This document shows positions 27,401-33,624 of a stretch of DNA of 33,624 nt, piece by piece. A model generated the notes under the pieces. It searched no databases, was not told the origin of the DNA, and worked only from the letters and a program-made list of their open reading frames with translations. Origin of the DNA: Stramenopiles sp. TOSAG23-3. Lineage: Eukaryota. The DNA lies in NCBI GenBank assembly GCA_900128585.1, contig LT642208.1:1-33624 (forward strand), given 5' to 3'. Position 1 is the first letter of the stretch. Every line of letters starts with the position of its first letter. The position numbers and the translations under genes are program-made.

Positions 27401-27615
27401 GCCAAGTCCGATTCCTTAGTGATGGCATTAAGCAGTTCAACAAGTCTTTGCCTGAAGCAACATCAAAGCTAGATGGCATTTCAAAAAAAATGCAGTCTTT
27501 CAACAAAGACTTGCGCTCGCTGAAGAAAACGTTCAACAGGCTTTACCCGAAAATTCACAGAATTGGCCCGGTTGGAGTTAAAAAGTCTTCTCCTGCGAAA
27601 GGGCCGAGTGCGTAA
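21451..27615 (+). CDS. CHD-family (CHD6-9/Kismet-like) SNF2 chromatin remodeler
   Basis: 2054 aa. Two chromodomains, PHD, [63 protein letters not shown], and the CHD7-type post-helicase [23 protein letters not shown]. Confidence 0.93.
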   Translation: [2054 protein letters not shown]

Positions 27616-27748
27616 AGCCTTCTCTTGGGAACGGGTTAAGAGGTGTGCTGAAAATGACTGTGTAAGGATTTGTAATTTTGTAACGACTAGTGTGGAAAAA
27701 AATTAAAACTTTAATGCGGAAGTTGACTACGGGTCTTTTGCCATCGAC

Positions 27749-28066
27749 GCAAATCCACCTATTGATTCGGACCACGCATGGAGTACATCTGAGCATGCTA
27801 GTCAAGACTAAGTGACAAGGGTATAATGATTACCAAAATCACAACAGTAGAGATCAGTTCGCAGTACATGAAGGAATGTAAACCTCTAATGGACAAAATT
27901 TAATTACTTAAATAACAGGCGCCAATTTTCTTGTTTTTAAATGACAGCGGTATGAGGAAGCTAAATTTAATTACTTAAATAACAGCCAATTTTCTTGCTT
28001 TTAAATAACAGCCCTAAGATATTTTTTTTTTAAATAAACAGCCAATTTTCTTGTTTTAATAAACTT
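27749..28066 (+). repeat. Dispersed repeat, copy B, with a tandemly reiterated 3' block
   Basis: Collinear homology to the reverse complement of 2471-2707. The TTAAATAACAGCCAATTTTCTTG-like unit occurs near 27908, 27975 and 28030, with partial copies between. Confidence 0.92.
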
Positions 28067-28093
28067 AACAATTAAACGTCTAGACGGGAACAA

Positions 28094-29197
28094 TCAATCG
28101 CCCCCTCCCCTCTTGATGCTTTCCACAGTTGAAGAGCACTTTTTCTTTAGAACGGCAATGGCCCTGCGAAAAATTTCTGCTGCCGGCAATTGGCCTACGC
28201 TTTCAATGGAAAAAATGAAATGGTCGGGTATTCGCGACACCCGAACCGACGACGCCAGCTCCTCGTCCTGCATGAAATTCCTCGACATTGTACAATTTAT
28301 TGGGCTCTTGACCACCGCTTTTTTCTTGTTTCCCGACTTCTTTTCCGACTCGGGGACACTTTCTAGCTCGAATACCCCAGGCATCAGGCGCATTAACAAC
28401 TCTGCCTTTTCGTCGTACACTGGCTTGATAAGGACCACCTCCGGCATCATGCGATAGTGGGCCGTGCAGACTGGGGAAAACTTTGCGTGCGTTTTCCCTA
28501 CCCCGCGGACCGCGTGCACTTCCAAATGAATTTTCTGTCCGGGGCGAAGTTTGGCCAATACGATGTCCTCATTAACGGGGCGAGGGGCCACCTTGTTCAG
28601 CCGTTCCTCCTGGGTTCCGCACGGCTGCCACTCCAAGTCCGATGCGTACACTATGCCATGCTCTAGTGCGTTATAGTCGACATCTAACGTTTCCTCCCCC
28701 TCTGCGCTGGTCTTGTTCATGTCCATGTTCGGTTTTCTCCTGCACGTAACATCTAGCTTGTAGACCAAGGTGTTGTAGTCCGTCTTTTCGTCTTCGTTCT
28801 GAAGGTCGTAAAAATGGTTCGGGTCGACTTTCAGCGGGACGAGCCCCAGTCGGTGGGCCAAAACCTCGTCTTGTACTATGGAACTGTTGTCGTGGAAATA
28901 CACGGTCTTTATTGCCATCGTCGGCACTTCGGACAGAAGGATTCGTCGCAGTGCGTTGGCGACCGCGGCGTCGATCCCGACCAACTCAAAGACTAGCACA
29001 TCCTCGCTCTTGTACTTCGTGTTAACGTTTCGCTGCTCCAAGACGTTGCACTTAAAATTTTTCTTAAACTGCAAGGCGAAATCCTTGGAAGGATACTCTA
29101 GCTCACGTATCCGCTCGACAACTTCCGTCGGCAAAATATCGTACCTATTCTTCGACTGGTACGGCTTATGAACTTCTGGGTGCACAAAGTCCGTCAT
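28094..29197 (-). CDS. RPAC1: RNA polymerases I and III subunit AC40 (RPC40/POLR1C)
   Basis: GIDAAVANALRRILLSEVPTMAI, QDEVLAHRLGLVP, LAKLRPGQ, GKTHAKFSPV, DHFIFSIESVG. First ATG 29197. Confidence 0.95.
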   Translation of the reverse strand: MTDFVHPEVHKPYQSKNRYDILPTEVVERIRELEYPSKDFALQFKKNFKCNVLEQRNVNTKYKSEDVLVFELVGIDAAVANALRRILLSEVPTMAIKTVYFHDNSSIVQDEVLAHRLGLVPLKVDPNHFYDLQNEDEKTDYNTLVYKLDVTCRRKPNMDMNKTSAEGEETLDVDYNALEHGIVYASDLEWQPCGTQEERLNKVAPRPVNEDIVLAKLRPGQKIHLEVHAVRGVGKTHAKFSPVCTAHYRMMPEVVLIKPVYDEKAELLMRLMPGVFELESVPESEKKSGNKKKAVVKSPINCTMSRNFMQDEELASSVRVSRIPDHFIFSIESVGQLPAAEIFRRAIAVLKKKCSSTVESIKRGGGD

Positions 29198-29705
29198 TGT
29201 ATTGATGGAATGGAACAATGTCTTCTTACAATAATTTTCCCAGCTTATTTGTTGTAAATATTTGCTTATCGTTGCTTATTCTTCGCAGTGCACATCTCTT
29301 CTTAAACTTGCCTAATGATTCTTTCATTTCATTCACTGGATGAACCGGACGGACCAAGCCAAGCCACATCCGTCCCTGAAGTTAATGTGGGATAATAATA
29401 TTTTCTTTATTTAAATTATTATATATTATAGTAGAAGACGACAAACGACTTTTTTTGCTCCCTCCTCTTCCTCCAGCCTCCAGCCACAATCCACAATCCA
29501 CAATTGGCAATAAAATAGAAAGAATCGATTTAAATACTAGACACTACAAATATATGTATATATATATATAATATTATACCTATATAAATTTCTAGGATTT
29601 ATTTAACTTCACGAGTAGTCGTCTACGAGGTATAATAGTTTAAACTTTCTTTTAAATAGAATACTTTTTCCTTCTCTTCCCATCATCCCAACTTTCTTTC
29701 TTTCT

Positions 29706-29736
<31 letters not shown>

Positions 29737-30499
29737 TTGCACATTTTGATGTACGTACTCTTTCTTTTGTACGTAATTCTTAAACTGTACTCGTTCGTAG
29801 TTAATATGATTATAAATAGTAAAGTCGTTTATATATTTATCCTATCTATGACTGTAGTTTAAAGAGGAAGGCCTCTTTTAATAAAGACCATTCAATGTAT
29901 TGAATAGTCGTCTGTGATATTCCATTACAATGGAAGTTTTATTTACATAGAAATAGTACAGTATGATGTACTGCTGGTAAAAAACAAAATAAAAAATAAT
30001 AATTATTAGTAGTTTTTATTTTGTGTCATCCTCTCTTCTCCTCTATAATAATAATAATAATTCATCATCTTTCTTCTTTTTTCTTCGCTTTCTTCTTCTT
30101 TCTTCTTTCGCTTTCTTCTTCTTCTTTCTTCTCTTCTTCTTTTTATTTATTTAACAACGACATATAATAACAACAACGGACCACCAGGAGGGAGGGATGG
30201 AGGAAGAAAGAAGAAGAGTTATTATATTATAATAGTGTTTTAATATTTTTTATTATAAATAAAACTATTCTTCTTCTCTCTTCTTGTTCTATTTTTTTGA
30301 TGGTTGAATGATGAAAAGAAAAATATTCTACTATGTTTCACTACTATATTATGTTGTGTATGTTTCTCTGATATGTTTGTTGGACGCATAGAGCTTGATA
30401 CACGGAATTCTTGTTTGTTCTTTACTAGTTCGATAGCAATTTTTTATCGTTTTGATTTTGTAGCAACCGTTTGTGAAGAAACGTATATAAAAAGTTAGA

Positions 30500-30802
30500 A
30501 TGGCGTCTGTGGCTGCGAATAGCGGACCGGACGAGGAGGAAGACTACTCCGTCGGTCCATTGTCCATATTGATGAATAGTGTAAAGAACAACACTCAGGT
30601 GTTGATCAACCTGAGGAACAACCACAAGCTATTGGCTCGTGTGAAAGCTTTTGACCGTCACTGCAACATGGTTTTGGAAAATGTCAAAGAAATATGGAAC
30701 GAGGCGTCTCAGCACAAAGACCGGTACATTGGCAAAATGTTTCTCCGTGGCGACAACGTCGTGATCGTGCTGGCAAACCCTGCCGCATTGCTGGGAGAGT
30801 AA
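30500..30802 (+). CDS. SNRPD2: Small nuclear ribonucleoprotein Sm D2
   Basis: [57 protein letters not shown]. Confidence 0.96.
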   Translation: MASVAANSGPDEEEDYSVGPLSILMNSVKNNTQVLINLRNNHKLLARVKAFDRHCNMVLENVKEIWNEASQHKDRYIGKMFLRGDNVVIVLANPAALLGE

Positions 30803-30980
30803 TACTTACGGTTCGTTGTCGGGAGAGAGGGGCACGCGATGCGATTTTCTAAAAGATAAACAAATACATACAGATGTTTTAAAAATTACACTCATCTATC
30901 TTGGGAAAGAACTCTCGGTGGGGTTGCCCATCGGAAAAGAAGACACTTTTCCAAAAACTTTTTTTTTCATCACTCTGACT

Positions 30981-31494
30981 TTATTCACTCTCCGTCTTCA
31001 GCGACCCATCCAATTCGTCCGCAACGACTTGAAGCTTTGCCCGTAGGTCCGACTCTTCCACATCGGCAGCCCCGCAAAGGGCCACCGTGTAACTGGAACT
31101 AACTTTCTTCATAGCGATGACCCCACCGTCAAGACTTACGAATATTTCCCGAAGGGGGCGCGTGCCTGACTTTCCTGTATTTTCATTCTTCTGCGCCGTC
31201 CCCGCAAAGTTGTCCCAAATGTTTGTCAAAAACGAAGAAGTAATCTCGGGGAGAACCTGTGAAATCGAGATTATATTTTTTTAAAATTGTTAGATCGGGC
31301 TGTGAGCAGAGGAAGAAGCATGCATGTACGCAGAGGACTGCGCGAACAAAGAATAAATAACTTACCGAAGAATCAAAGCCGTCTGCCGTACCCGCGCCAA
31401 GAACGGAGCCTCCTTCGTCGACTAACAGGGCTTGCTCTACACCATCCTGACACACTTCACCTAGAAACTTTGTCAAAACTTTCGTATTTATCAT
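30981..31494 (-). CDS. LAMTOR2: Ragulator subunit LAMTOR2 (roadblock domain), two exons: 31494-31366 and 31256-30981
   Basis: Spliced 134-aa product MINTKVLTKFLGEVCQDGVEQALLVDEGGSVLG..DSS/VLPEITSSFLTNIW..LRAKLQVVADELDGSL. It parallels LAMTOR2 (MLRPKALTQVL..GGVQSTLLL..AAIASNIW..LKAK). Confidence 0.85.
31257..31365 (-). other. Spliceosomal GT-AG intron, 109 nt, phase 0
   Basis: Donor GTAAGT, branch-like TCTAAC (~31294-31289), acceptor TTCACAG. Removal joins two ORF-track fragments in frame. Confidence 0.88.
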
Positions 31495-32114
31495 GACTAT
31501 TTCCTTTTGTGTATGTATATGTGTATGTATAGAAAGACGTTCTTGTACAGGGCACATTAAAGAAACTGTTCTTCAAACTTTCAACAACTTTTTAATTACA
31601 TTCTTCTATTTTTACATATCTATATTTATATAAAATAAAAGAATCTAATTATTATTTTAAATTATAATTAAATTGATTGAGCTCTCTTATTCTTCTTCTT
31701 CTCTCCTTTTCTTTCATTATTTTTTTATTATTTTTTTTAGAGTAATTATTTATTTGTCATTCATCTTCGTCTTGTTGTTTGTCTTTCTTCAATAACATGC
31801 TCTTTATTTCCTATATAAAAGTATTTTATAAATACATAATCATCATATATAAATAAATATATATAAGTATAATGTTTACCTATGACATACATTAATAATA
31901 ATTGTCAACTTGAAGAAGAACCAAAAAATAACCAGAAGCACAAAAACAACAAAAAAGTGTTTTTTTTTTTTGGTTTTTGATCGACTGACTACGTGCATTA
32001 TTTATATTGTTCGCATTTTTTAAGAATTAGTTCGTAATACATTTTTAATTTTCAATTACTGAGTTGTTTGCTATTGCTGTAGAAAAAACAAGATTGAGAA
32101 ACAAAAGCAGATAA

Positions 32115-33137
32115 TCAGTTTTCTCCCATGCTGCTGGTTTTCTTTTTGTTGTTGACTGCAACGGCCACTCTGCTGTTCGGGGTACGGTCGCCCAAAGCAC
32201 GGCTTATGTATGCACCGGCCTCGATGAGCGCGTCAAAATCGACCCCTGTTTCGATTCCCAGGCCGTAGAGCATGTAGACCAAATCCTCTGTGGAAACGTT
32301 CCCCGTTGCCCCCTTTGCGTATGGGCATCCTCCCAGTCCGGAGACGGCGCTGTCAAAGACGCTGATTCCGTGCTGAAGGGACACCAGCACATTCGGCAAC
32401 GCTTGCCCATACGTATCGTGAAAGTGTCCAGCTAGCTTGTCTGCAGGGACTACCTTCAACACTTCTCCTAACATTTTCGCCGTGGATCCTGGATCGCCTA
32501 TTCCAATCGTATCCCCGAGCGAAACCTCGTAGCACCCAAGCTCGTACAAAGCAGCCGAAACGTCCGCGACCGCTTTCGGGTCAATGTAGCCTTCGTAAGG
32601 GCACCCGAGCACGCACGAAGCGTAGCCGCGCACCAACACACCGTTCTCTTTCGCGGCCGCCATGATGGGTGCGAACCGTTGCAAACTCTCTTCAATTGTA
32701 CAGTTTATGTTTTTTCTGCTGAACGACTCCGACGCAGCGGCAAAAATGGCGACTTCTTTCGCCCCTGCTTCCATGGCGCTCTCGAAGCCTTTTACGTTGG
32801 GGCAGAGGACAGGGTAAGAGACCCCAGGGTACTTGTCTATTGACTTTAGGACTTCTGTGTGGTCCGACATCTGAGGCACCCACTTGGGAGAAACGAACGC
32901 GGTTGCTTCGATAGCAGTTAGACCAGCTCGCGACAACATGTTGCAAAACTCTACCTTTACAGACGTATCGATTATTTTCTTCTCGTTCTGCAAGCCGTCC
33001 CTCGGGCCTACTTCTACCAACTTAACATATTTCGGCATACTGCCCAAGGCAAACGTTCGGCGCTGCATGTTCACTGCGCCTGAAGCGCACGCACTGGAGC
33101 GCCGCAGGGTCGCCAAGCCGAACGTAGAAGCTAACAT
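32115..33137 (-). CDS. HMGCL: Hydroxymethylglutaryl-CoA lyase, probably mitochondrial
   Basis: [46 protein letters not shown]. First ATG 33137 gives an Arg/Ser/Ala-rich, acid-free presequence. Confidence 0.96.
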   Translation of the reverse strand: MLASTFGLATLRRSSACASGAVNMQRRTFALGSMPKYVKLVEVGPRDGLQNEKKIIDTSVKVEFCNMLSRAGLTAIEATAFVSPKWVPQMSDHTEVLKSIDKYPGVSYPVLCPNVKGFESAMEAGAKEVAIFAAASESFSRKNINCTIEESLQRFAPIMAAAKENGVLVRGYASCVLGCPYEGYIDPKAVADVSAALYELGCYEVSLGDTIGIGDPGSTAKMLGEVLKVVPADKLAGHFHDTYGQALPNVLVSLQHGISVFDSAVSGLGGCPYAKGATGNVSTEDLVYMLYGLGIETGVDFDALIEAGAYISRALGDRTPNSRVAVAVNNKKKTSSMGEN

Positions 33138-33624
33138 ACTCACTCCCCCTAAAGCAGCACGTTGAAGAACGTCGTAACAACACCTAAAACAAACGGCAGA
33201 CAAGGTGGAAAGAAAGAAAGAACAACAACAAAAAATTAAATCTTTCCCTTTTAGTGGAAATGTGCGGCTCTATTACTTCGTTTCCTGTGTATTTAGTAAT
33301 ATTTATCTCTGTTTTATTTTACTGAATGAATCTGTTTTTTTGTATTTATTTCATCATGAACTTATTATTTATATATTCTCTATCTTCTTTTCTCTTCTAT
33401 TTTATAATATAATTAATCTAAACAACAACACAATAAGAAAAATCAAGAATTTAAATTATTATACTACACTACCATTATTAGGATGATGATGATAAAAAAA
33501 AAAAACTGTATTTTTGTACGACGACGAAAGGAGGAGTTGTTTTTATGCTGTTTCGAAGAAAATTATTTGCCTGCTACCCCCCTACTGATGCATCTGGAAA
33601 AGTATATTTTCTCGATTTTTTCCA

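Noticed and set aside
27896..28060. CRISPR-like repeat-spacer pattern
   Set aside because: Irregular degenerate units, non-unique spacers, no cas genes, and a eukaryotic context.
28077..28086. CGTCTAGACG palindrome (SMAD-box-like, or a Helitron CTAG end)
   Set aside because: Single short site, no GC-rich subterminal hairpin, and no counterpart in copy A.
30802..30812. ATACTTAC resembling the U1 snRNA 5' end next to SmD2
   Set aside because: Continues GG rather than CTG, overlaps the stop codon, and lacks U1 loop and Sm-site motifs.
831..33137. Functional gene cluster, prokaryotic or viral origin, or alternative genetic code
   Set aside because: The genes are functionally unrelated eukaryotic housekeeping types with a spliceosomal intron, and TAA, TAG and TGA all terminate genes normally.

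Overview
Eukaryotic, gene-dense, intron-poor genomic DNA. GC-richer coding regions are separated by very AT-rich, TTC/GAA-rich spacers. The source is probably a heterotrophic stramenopile-like protist; this is inferred from a THAQKYF-type Myb, the RPAC1 signature and the receptor families, and is not proven. Twelve intact genes in the standard code: a diaminopimelate/ornithine decarboxylase-like enzyme, a 1302-aa multi-pass surface receptor with a cytosolic SH3, a Myb factor, a purple acid phosphatase, a TOM1/GPR137-like 7TM protein, a degenerate nucleoside-hydrolase-like protein, an LRR/EF-hand/Sfi1-repeat coiled-coil protein, a CHD7-like remodeler of unusual architecture, RPAC1 (AC40), SmD2, LAMTOR2 (the only intron found) and HMG-CoA lyase. 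The ORF track misses several things. There is a start-less LRR-cap plus Notch/LNR gene fragment at 2275-2478 (-). It is fused to a ~240-320 bp element that recurs inverted 25 kb away (27749-28066). There is also a fold-back at 7626-7743, a set of recurrent intergenic motifs (GTCGTCTA, GGACGGAC, ATGATGA), and spacer lengths that track the number of promoters. No rRNA, tRNA, CRISPR array or transposase was recognised.
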